Origin: Selaginella moellendorffii
Taxonomy: Eukaryota > Plantae > Lycopodiophyta
Reading direction: 5' to 3'
DNA length: 16,261 bases
NCBI RefSeq assembly: GCF_000143415.4
Contig: NW_003314305.1
Span: 1 to 16,261, forward strand
The notes under the pieces are model-generated. The model saw only the letters and a program-made list of their open reading frames with translations. It searched no databases and was not told the DNA's origin. Made by a program: the position numbers and the translations under genes. This document shows positions 1 through 7,385 of the stretch, piece after piece; within the stretch, counting starts at the first letter, position 1; each line of letters opens with the position of its first letter.

Positions 1-436
1 AACCCTAAACCCTAAACCCTAAACCCTAAACCCTAAACCCTAAACCTAAACCCTAAACCCTAAACCCTAAACCCTAAACCCTAAACCTAAACCCTAAACC
101 TAAACCCTAAACCCTAAACCCTAAAACCCTAAACCCTAAACCCTAAACCCTAAACCCTAAACCCTAAAACCCTAAACCCTAAACCCTAAACCCTAAACCC
201 TAAACCCTAAACCCTAAACGCGCCTAAACCCTAAACCCTAAACCCTAAACCCTAAACCCTAAACCCTAAACCCTAAACCCTAAACCCTAAACCCTAAACC
301 CTAAACCCTAAACCCTAAACCCTAAAACCCTAAACCCTAAACCCTAAACCCTAAACCCTAAACCCTAAACCCTAAACCCTAAACCCTAAACCCTAAACCC
401 TAAACCCTAAACCCTAAACCCTAAACCCTAAACCCT
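1..436 (+). repeat. Terminal telomeric array, plant-type (CCCTAAA)n / (TTTAGGG)n
   Basis: About 60 tandem CCCTAAA units from base 1, with the C-rich strand on +, as expected at a left chromosome end. There are a few CCTAAA/CCCTAAAA variants and one CGCGCCTAAA variant (219-228). The junction to non-telomeric sequence is sharp, at ...AAACCCT|TCATC. Confidence 0.98.
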
Positions 437-479
437 TCATCATGTCCTAAGTGGCCATTGGTCCTTCGCAAAAAACCGG

Positions 480-702
480 ATTCGGTCTCGGACTCGATCT
501 CGGACTCGATCTCGGACCCGATCTCAGACCCGACCTCGAACTCGACCTTGGACTCGGTCTTGGACCCGATTTCGGATCTCGAACTCGGTCTCGAACTCGG
601 TCTCGAACTTGGTCCCCGAGTCAGCCTTGAACTCAATTTCGGACTCTATCTCGAACTCGGTCTCCGAGTCGATCTTGGACTCGATCTTCGACTTGGTCCC
701 AT
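480..702. repeat. Degenerate 6/12-mer minisatellite (consensus ~TCGGACTCGATC)
   Basis: Repeating TCGGACTCGATC / TCGAACTCGGTC / TTGGACTCGGTC units. These account for the low-complexity ORFs 421..636, 458..709 and 524..730. Confidence 0.85.
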
Positions 703-940
703 CCGATGAATTCTTTGTCAATTTGGTCATGCTTTCAGGGTTCCTTTAGCCTACGACACTTTGGCGAGTTGGTTCCTTACAGGCACTTGATGTGGGGAAC
801 ACCCTAAACAGGTGATTCTGAAGTTCTATCAAACTCACTCCCCAGAGTGATCACATGCTGGACACAGTCCCCAAACCTTGCCTCCCACTTGGTTTCAGCA
901 AGACTCCCACCATATGGATAAGCTACCTTGGACTTGTCCA

Positions 941-1263
941 AAGCTGCCTCTTGCAAACTCGGAGTGGAATATTCCTGGAATATTCTGATGCTTTGAAATA
1001 TTTTTTGAGGTTAGCTATTAAGCATGATGAGGAACAATTAGGACGTGCTGCATGGCTGATATCCATCACCATCACCATTCACAATATACTGCTATGAATA
1101 AGCTACCTCTTGCAAAGTCGGAGTGGAATATTCCTGGAATATTCTGATGCTTGGAAATAACTTTTGAGGTTGGCTATTAAACATGATAAGGAACAATTAG
1201 GACGTGCTGCATGGCTGATATCCATCACCATCACCGTCCACAATATACTGCTATGAATAAGCT
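941..1263. repeat. Tandem duplication, 159-bp unit x2
   Basis: AAGCT(G/A)CCTCTTGCAAA(C/G)TCGGAGTGGAATATTCC... starts at 941 and at 1100, and AAGCT recurs at 1259. The two copies are highly similar. Confidence 0.92.
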
Positions 1264-1295
1264 TCACACCACTAAGCTTGTTTATTTCCTATTTC

Positions 1296-1580
1296 AGTCT
1301 TTGAAATTTTCAACTTTTTTGAAATTTCAATTGATTATTATATCTTGTGCCTTGCACAGTGATGTCATTGAAGCTCACATCTATTCTCTACAAACCAAAT
1401 TTGAGGGAAATATACTGAGCTAATTAAAATCACCACCACCTATTCTCTGAAATTTTTCTGAAATTTCAAGGGACTATCACATCTTGTGCCTTGCACAAAG
1501 ATGTCATTAAAACTCATATTTTATTTTCTACAAACCAAAATTTGTAGAAAATAAACTCATAATAATAGCAATCAATACCA
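1296..1580. repeat. Older diverged tandem duplication, ~139-bp unit x2
   Basis: ATCTTGTGCCTTGCACA..GATGTCATT occurs at 1342 and 1481. TGAAATTTCAA and TCTACAAACCAAA are present in both copies. Boundaries are approximate. Confidence 0.8.
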
Positions 1581-1726
1581 CTATCATAATATATAAGATA
1601 AGTGGCTAGTGACAACCAAGTCTGTGAGGCTGTTCCTCCAAGCTTGCCTGCTCACCACAAGATCTTTGAAATTCTAAAACAGTTGGATATTTTCAAAGCT
1701 TCTTGAATATTCTTAAGGCATCTGGG

Positions 1727-1734
1727 TATAAATA
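1727..1734 (+). promoter_or_regulatory. TATA box upstream of the hammerhead (putative pseudo-LTR promoter)
   Basis: TATAAATA lies about 25 nt upstream of the CTGATGA core. Function is inferred from position only. Confidence 0.5.
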
Positions 1735-1747
1735 GAGGAAAAAGAGG

Positions 1748-1800
1748 GACTACACCCAGCTGATGAGTCCCAAAAAGGACGAAACCGGTCTCGGGTTGTC
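1748..1800 (+). ncRNA. Minimal type I hammerhead ribozyme (Penelope-like)
   Basis: Core CTGATGA at 1760-1766. Stem II is GTCC(1767-70)-CAAAAA-GGAC(1777-80), followed by GAAA 1781-84. Stem III is the palindrome ACCGGT 1784-89. The cleavage triplet is GTC, with a predicted cut after 1790. Stem I pairs GAC-tac-ACCC-AG with TC-GGGT-t-GTC (one G.U and one A-C mismatch next to the core). Confidence 0.9.
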
Positions 1801-1950
1801 ATGCCAATGTATTTCCTTTCTCTTTAGTGAATTTTTCATTATAAATTTTCTCTAGTTTTTCCTCTTATCTCAAATTGCCATAGCCGATCTCTAGCATTCT
1901 TGAGTTCCACTGGATCAAGCAATGTGGAGTGCTTTTGGCTAATCGCAATT

Positions 1951-2007
1951 CCACAAAACCCAAAACCCAAAACCCTAAAAACCGGTAAACCCTAAAAACC
2001 CTAAACC
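1951..2007 (+). repeat. Interstitial degenerate telomeric tract 1
   Basis: CCACAAAA CCCAAAA CCCAAAA CCCTAAAAA CCGGTAAA CCCTAAAAA CCCTAAA CC, in the same polarity as the terminal array. It abuts the truncated gag. Confidence 0.85.
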
Positions 2008-2008
2008 G

Positions 2009-2635
2009 GTTACCATATGTTGCTGCTGGAGCTGCAGCTGCAACATTCTGCGACGACATCCAGGCCTATTCCCATGTTGCTGCGTGCACCACTACTGCGT
2101 TCAAATCTGCTGGTCTCTGCACCTTCACGTGGAACCCGATCTCAAATGGCAACCCATTCAAGAACCAGCAAACTTGGTCGTCAGCAGTAGGCTGTGGATC
2201 TTTCCTCGCGAGCAGCCTCTTGTAGTGAAGAACGTAATTTTGCAATGTCTCTCCAAGTAACAATTGAATTGAATTTAGCTCGTCGCTGATACGCTACTTG
2301 AATCCCATAGGACAGAAAGCATTGAGAAATGCTGTTTTGAGGTCTGCCCAGGCTGCAAAGGCTGCTGCTGCATTCGCCTGACCATACCACTCTGCTGCTG
2401 CTCCCAGCAACGTCGCCGGAAACAAACAGACTCTCACAGCATCTGTCTGCTCCTGATTTGCTGTGCTGACATTTTCAAAAGCAGTTACGTGAGCGTCTAG
2501 ATTGTTAGTCTGTGTAAACGTTGGATACTTCATCCTCGCGTTGGCAGGCTGTGCCATTTGAGGATTTACTGCTTGAGGTGTGGGCGAGGCTGGTTCAAAT
2601 GGCCCCCACTTCTCCCAACTCAAACTTGAGTCCAA
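2009..2635 (-). pseudogene. gag: Ty3/Gypsy gag (Retrotrans_gag-like), two in-frame stops, 3'-truncated
   Basis: ORFs 2294..2635, 2066..2263 and 1865..2059 share one frame: KYPTF..LDAHVTAFE..LFPATLLGAAAEWY..WADLKTAFLNAF..GETLQNYVLHYKRL..WFLNGLP. The translation runs into telomeric repeats after AAPAATYGNR. Confidence 0.9.
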
Positions 2636-2880
2636 AGTCCTTGGACTAGTTTTAGGACTGGTTTCAAGCGAGTTCTATAACAGTCTCCTCGCTGCTTGTT
2701 CAGAACGGCCTCGATTCTGCTCTACCCTCCTAGTAGAAAAATCTAGAAAATTATCCCAGTCCGGGGATCTACCCGCCAGACCAAGAACCAACTGCGGCAA
2801 AGGATGCTTACTGCAGATGCCCGCAGATGACCAGCCTTTTCCTCAGGCCTGGTTTACTGCACAGTTACTGTGACTAAGCC

Positions 2881-2898
2881 CTCCCAGCTAACACACCA
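2881..2898 (-). promoter_or_regulatory. Primer-binding site of the minus-strand LTR element
   Basis: The minus strand reads ...CTTGACA TTTTT TGGTGTGTTAGCTGGGAG: LTR end CA, a T spacer, then an 18-mer starting TGG. The tRNA identity was not assigned. Confidence 0.7.
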
Positions 2899-2903
2899 AA
2901 AAA

Positions 2904-3554
2904 TGTCAAGAAAAATACATGACAACAAAGGAAGACTGGAAAGACTCCCCTAGGGCTTGTATTTCAGCAGTAACTACAGATCACTCGTACTGTGGGCCTG
3001 CAATAACTCTTCTATGATCACGGTGATGGGATCTCGACGGCCTATAGGAGGTCTACCATCTTCAAGCAGAAAGAACTCAAGAATATGAGATAGAAAATAA
3101 GAACTATAAAATAACTGAATGGCCGTACTTAATTTTCAAACTACCAAAAACTTAAACACCAACCAATGGCTGAGACTTTTCCAACTAATAACTCTTCATC
3201 CACAACTTCGATCGACTTGATTTTACCACCATGTAACTTCCCTTGATAAGATCTTCAACTTCATAGAAAACAACTTCTTCAAATTCTCACTTCTGAAATC
3301 TGTCACTTTTTCTCTCTCTAGTTAGAATATTCCTAGGAAGCTTCTTCAGCGAGCTTCTTCATTTTTCACCTTTTTCTAGCTCAGAAATACGTCAGTACTC
3401 ACAAAAGCAACCACAAGTGTGAAAATACAACCATATATACACTTATTGAGAGGGCGGTATGCCCAGTTTTTGTATTAGTCCCATTGGGACATGGGGAATG
3501 TACAAACACATTCAATGATCTCGCCAGATAACAGCACCGTGGGGTGTCTTTGAC
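2904..3554 (-). mobile_element. 5' LTR (~650 bp) of the minus-strand Ty3/Gypsy element
   Basis: Inverted termini TGTCAA(2904)...TTGAC(3554), with the expected terminal A replaced by telomeric C. It is adjacent to the PBS and has an internal minus-strand TATATA near 3434-3439. Confidence 0.78.
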
Positions 3555-3591
3555 CCTAAACACCTAAATGCGCCTAAACCCTAAGCCCTAA
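3554..3591 (+). repeat. Interstitial degenerate telomeric tract 2
   Basis: CCCTAAA CACCTAAA TGCGCCTAAA CCCTAAG CCCTAA, in the same polarity as the terminal array. Confidence 0.85.
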
Positions 3592-3719
3592 TGCAAATGA
3601 TTATGTTGTGGGTGGTGTTCTCATGCAAGATGATCATCCTATTGCATATGAGAGCAAGATATTTAACCCAATAGAGCAGTGATACTCTACATATGAAAAA
3701 GGAAGTGTTAGGAATTATA
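3590..3719 (+). pseudogene. Ty3/Gypsy RNase H fragment (chromovirus-like)
   Basis: Manual translation gives NANDYVVGGVLMQDDHPIAYESKIFNPIEQ*YSTYEK/EVLGII, which matches the DASxxAVGGVLxQ..PIAYES..L..AE.RY.TYEKELLAI motif. It starts immediately after telomeric tract 2. Confidence 0.88.
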
Positions 3720-3951
3720 AATTAAAGTGAGTTTTTTTAGCCACAACATAGTCATTTGCATCCACAACCACCATATATGGTTTGCTTGGATCCACAATTG
3801 GGTGCTTGAGATCAGTTACCCTTCCTAACCGCCCAGCATTTGCACTAGCACAAACATAAGTTCGTACAAAACTTTAAAAGAGAAAACTGCCTTTATCCCA
3901 TGTCCTATTTTAGTTCTCCATGCGTTTCACGATAGGGTTTCACTTAGCAAA

Positions 3952-4138
3952 ATGGAGAAGGTGCAGGCACGAATCGAGCTTCTTGAGCCACAGATCCAAG
4001 CGGCTGGGAAATCTTTTCTCTCTGCCCTTCAGAGTGGCAATCAATCTCTGGCGGAATATTGGCTGAAGGAGAAAGAGCGGCTGCAGAAGAAGGAAGAGCG
4101 GCTGTCGGAGGAAAAACTCGTCCTCCTCAGAAGTAATG
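3952..4138 (+). CDS. Exon 1 of the CR-like gene: alpha-helical/coiled-coil header
   Basis: AAAATGG start context, the peptide MEKVQARIELLE...EYWLKEKERLQKKEERLSEEKLVLL, and a canonical donor GTAAGT at 4139 (phase 1). Confidence 0.72.
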
Positions 4139-4514
4139 GTAAGTGATTTGGGGCGTTTTGCTGTGTTGTGGATATGTGTGGCTATGGCTGCTTTCCGTTC
4201 TAGTGGTCCAGTCCTAGTGCGCCATGAAAGTGGCAGATGTCAGCCATGATTTCGTCACTGTTGGATTTGGTCTTGCTTGTGGCTGGTTATTCACGGCAAT
4301 CTGTTTGGTATGGTATCATTAATCTTGCGTTCTACTAAGAGTTTCTCTCTGGGCCCCCTTGTTTGTTCCCTTGCAGCATGTAGATCTTCTGCTGCTTTTC
4401 TGTTGTCGTTTAAGCCAGATGTTTCTTGCGTTTCCTCTGCTTAAAATCCCCTCGCTTCTCACTGCAGACAGCCCTTGTGTCTTTTCGTTCATGTAACTAG
4501 CGATTTGTTTCCAG

Positions 4515-5704
4515 GTCCGTCTTTTGTTTTACCTGAGCTAACTTCGAGCGACATCGCAAGTTTGGATTGCTTTCTGGAGGGCAAGGCTGGCATACCCCAC
4601 TATCGTGACACGAATATTCCGCGATTTGGTGACAGGCCGAGCTTGTTGCTGCATGGCCTACTAGCACACGACACTGAAGACTTCGACAAGTTCGTGAGCA
4701 GGGGTAGCAGGTTTTTATTGGTGCCAGGAACAAGTGGAGCAGGAAAAACCAGGACTCTCTATGCTCACCTGGCGAAGAACTTCGGTTTTTACTTCATTTC
4801 CAATGACCTGGGGAATGGCGGGTCTGCAGACTTGAGGGAGGTGATTGGTATACTGGCAACGTATCTGGGCGCGGATCAAGTTAAGAACTATACTATAACT
4901 ACCTTTATGGTCACTGTGCTGCTGCTGGTCAGGATAGTGGTCTTCCACTACTGCAAAGGAAAGGATATAACTCCTGAGAAGTGGCTCATGTTACAGGTCG
5001 GGTGCCAGAGGCTGGAACAGGACAGGAAGCCATTGAACTTGGATCCTTTTGCTGCTTGCACTCGGCTGGCTCTCGGTAGATATGGGCCTGTCCTCCATGG
5101 CTCGTTAGTGGGGATTGCAGGTTTACTGGGTCAGGCCAAAATTGCCCTTTCAGAGTTGCTGGGAGGACAGCAGTTACCCCTGTTGGTAGTTGATGAGGCA
5201 CAGGAACTGGTTAAGCTGTATGCCGGAAAGTTCCGTACAGATCTTGAACCCTTCAAGGACCGACCATTGGCAAAGCCAGTGTTGGAAACTTTGCTCTACC
5301 CAGGCAACGAATCTCCAATTCATCATGTTGTATATGCTGGAACGGGCTTTCTTCTGAGCTTCAGCCGTTTGGAATCGAACAGCCCGGTGGGAAAACCGCT
5401 CGTCAAAGATGACGTGTACGAAGGTCTTGGTAGCTGGACAGATTGGAAGCAGATGGCAGCCTATTCCTGTTGTATTCTGGGGACAGCTTGGGATGCTGAA
5501 GCTCAGGAGACAGTGAAGAATGAGGTATTTCCCTATTTCAGGGGTCGGTTTCGCCCATTTGCGACATTGCTCGAGGAGGTGATTAGGAGGGGCAAGCACA
5601 TCCGATGGGTTTGGAACGACGTTTTTATAGGACTGACAGCTCGCCAAGGAATTCCAGGGATACAAAAGAGCTACTACAGGATTCTTGCAGAGGTAGCAAG
5701 GTAA
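4515..5704 (+). CDS. CR-type P-loop NTPase region
   Basis: An open frame of about 400 codons with Walker A GTSGAGKT, GSADL, Walker B VVDEAQ, YAGTG and GRFRPFA motifs. Confidence 0.85.
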
Positions 5705-6585
5705 CCGTGCAGTACTTCTACTTTGGGTGGTCATTCACGTGTCCAGTTTATGGTGATGAGCAGGAGAATGATTTACCTTCGACTCTTTTGGAGGTTGCCA
5801 TAGGAAGGGTCTACGGAAAGCAAATGGTTATAGTTGACGAGCCTCTTATGCTGGTGGCGATGCACAACTACTTTTTGGACGAAAAGAAGATCACCGGAAA
5901 TATGCTGGACACCCTTTATGCTCTGAACAATCCTTCCACAGGCAACTGGTGGGAGCATCTGTTTCCGCTGGAGATAAAGGATTTGTGGGAAAAGCACGAG
6001 GGGAAACTGGATCAGTTTGAGCTGTTTCATGATTTGGACCTGACACAGAATTTGGAGGCTTTGAAGAGCAAGAAGAGTCGTATTATGGAAGGCTCTATCT
6101 TTTACTTGGATGGGGCGCCAATGCCACCGGTGGTGATCTATAAGGCGGACAAAAACTACACTTGCCATGACTATTTGGCAAGTGATGTGCCTGGTTGCAT
6201 GTTTTTGGTGGCTGAGCATGCTGCAGGTTGTGACCTCATGTTCAGAATTCAGTTTGAGGACCATACCATCATATGGGTTAGTGTGCAACTCAAGCTGAGG
6301 AAGATCTTGTCCAATGCTTATGATGCTGTTTGCAAGGCAGAACCATCACCAAAATATGCTTGCAGGGGAGATATGTTGTGCCTGTTGGTTGCATATCCAG
6401 CATCACTGAACCATCCACCAGTGGAGAAACAGAAGATTGATGGGCAGACTAGATGTGTGGTTACAGTAGACAGGAAGAACGCCCGCAAGTTTATCTCAGT
6501 GGACCATTTGAAGAACCTTGATATTTTATCTGGTAAGAATAAAATACTAGTAAAAGTAATAAATAAAAGTAATGGTTTTACATAA
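5701..6585 (+). CDS. CR-type C-terminal region with restriction-endonuclease-fold (PD-(D/E)xK, QxK variant) domain
   Basis: IVDEPL, GNWWEHL, AGCDLMF and VSVQLKL motifs, in the order typical of CR NTPase-REase proteins. A possible further donor G|GTAAGA near 6533 precedes the AT-rich tail. Confidence 0.75.
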   Translation, partial: VTVQYFYFGWSFTCPVYGDEQENDLPSTLLEVAIGRVYGKQMVIVDEPLMLVAMHNYFLDEKKITGNMLDTLYALNNPSTGNWWEHLFPLEIKDLWEKHEGKLDQFELFHDLDLTQNLEALKSKKSRIMEGSIFYLDGAPMPPVVIYKADKNYTCHDYLASDVPGCMFLVAEHAAGCDLMFRIQFEDHTIIWVSVQLKLRKILSNAYDAVCKAEPSPKYACRGDMLCLLVAYPASLNHPPVEKQKIDGQTRCVVTVDRKNARKFISVDHLKNLDILSGKNKILVKVINKSNGFT

Positions 6586-7009
6586 TTAGAATAAACTTCG
6601 GTGCTAAGCTGTTCTAATGTAATGTTTGTCCATATATAAAGGCAGTCAGATCTAGCTCAAAATATGATGCTGTTTGCAAGTCAGATCTAGACCAAAATAT
6701 GCTTGCAGGGGAGATATGTTGTGCCTGTTGGTTGCATATCCAGCATCACTGAACCATCCACCAGTGGAGAAACAGAAGATTGATGGGCAGACTAGATGTG
6801 TGGTTACAGTAGACAGGAAGAACGCCCGCAAGTTTATCTCAGTGGACCATTTGAAGAACCTTGATATTTTATCTGGTAAGAATAAAATACTAGTAAAAGT
6901 AATAAATAAAAGTAATGGTTTTACATAATTAGAATAAACTTCGGTGCTAAGCTGTTCTAATGTAATGTTTGTCCATAACTTTAATAATATAAAGGCAGTC
7001 AGATCTAGC
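6348..7009. repeat. Near-identical tandem duplication of the CR gene 3' end (offset 343 bp)
   Basis: ACCAAAATATGCTTGCAGGGG...GGCAGTCAGATCTAGC occurs at 6348-6656 and 6691-7009. Copy 2 has an extra ACTTTAATAA. A 34-bp filler lies at 6657-6690. Confidence 0.95.
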
Positions 7010-7109
7010 CAATGGCATGTTGTTGTTATGGGAAAAGAAGGAAATTTATTGTTGGCTCCTACCAAAATAATGTTTAGGGATAATGTTTTGCTTACTTTTC
7101 TCAATTGCA

Positions 7110-7385
7110 TGGTCTCGGCCTTGGTCTCGGTCTTAGTCTCGGTCTCGGTCTTGGCCTCAGACTCCATTTCAATCTTGGCCTCAGTCTCGGCCTCGGACTC
7201 CATCTCAGGTCCATCTTAGACTCCATCTCGGGTTCATCTCGGGTCCATCTTAGATTCCATCTCGAACTCCATCTCGGGTCCATCTTAGGTCCATCTTAGA
7301 CTCCATCTCGGACTCCATCTGGGTCCATCTCAGACTCCATCTTTGACTCCATTTTAAGTCCATTTTGGACTCCATTTCAGACTCA
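7110..7385. repeat. Degenerate 6/12-mer minisatellite (GTCTCG then ~TCGGACTCCATC / TCGGGTCCATCT)
   Basis: Visible 6/12-bp periodicity. The unit is related to the 480-702 array. Confidence 0.85.

Larger units (their letters stand above)
1600..2007 (+). mobile_element. Putative 3' terminal module (pseudo-LTR + telomeric tail) of a telomere-associated Penelope-like element
   Basis: TATA box, minimal hammerhead and CCCTAAA-like tract occur in that order on the C-rich strand, under 2 kb from the telomere. No RT remnant was recognised and the 5' boundary is arbitrary. Confidence 0.55.
3952..6585 (+). pseudogene. Crinkler/RHS-type (CR) protein gene: helical header + P-loop NTPase + PD-(D/E)xK nuclease; frameshifted near 5700
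   Basis: Exon 1 (3952-4138) ends at G|GTAAGT. The acceptor TTTCCAG|G at 4515 joins it in frame (..SN-G-PSFVLP). Walker A GTSGAGKT is at 4727-4750 and Walker B LLVVDEAQ at ~5180-5203. The second frame carries AGCDLMF...VSVQLK (6223-6294) and LLVAYPA. The NTPase frame stops at 5704 and the sequence continues in another frame. Confidence 0.8.

Noticed and set aside
421-730. ORFs 421..636, 458..709 and 524..730
   Set aside because: They are translations of the 12-mer minisatellite, with low complexity in all frames.
801-809. Single ACCCTAAAC as another healing site
   Set aside because: It is one unit only with no visible junction, and is compatible with chance.
855-1423. Short ORFs as Penelope RT remnants
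   Set aside because: No RT or GIY-YIG motifs are present, and the ORFs lie in tandem duplications.
1600-1950. Classical plant LTR retrozyme
   Set aside because: The topology is minimal type I rather than type III, and I see no paired LTRs, PBS or PPT around it.
4377-4514. Alternative acceptors at 4376 and 4467 for the CR gene
   Set aside because: Use of 4377 runs into a stop and 4468 is out of frame with the NTPase unless micro-exons exist. This cannot be resolved without transcripts.
4497-6288. Minus-strand ORFs overlapping the CR gene
   Set aside because: They are antisense shadows of a long coding region and have no motifs.
7110-7385. CRISPR-like array
   Set aside because: The units are contiguous short repeats without unique spacers, in a eukaryotic context.
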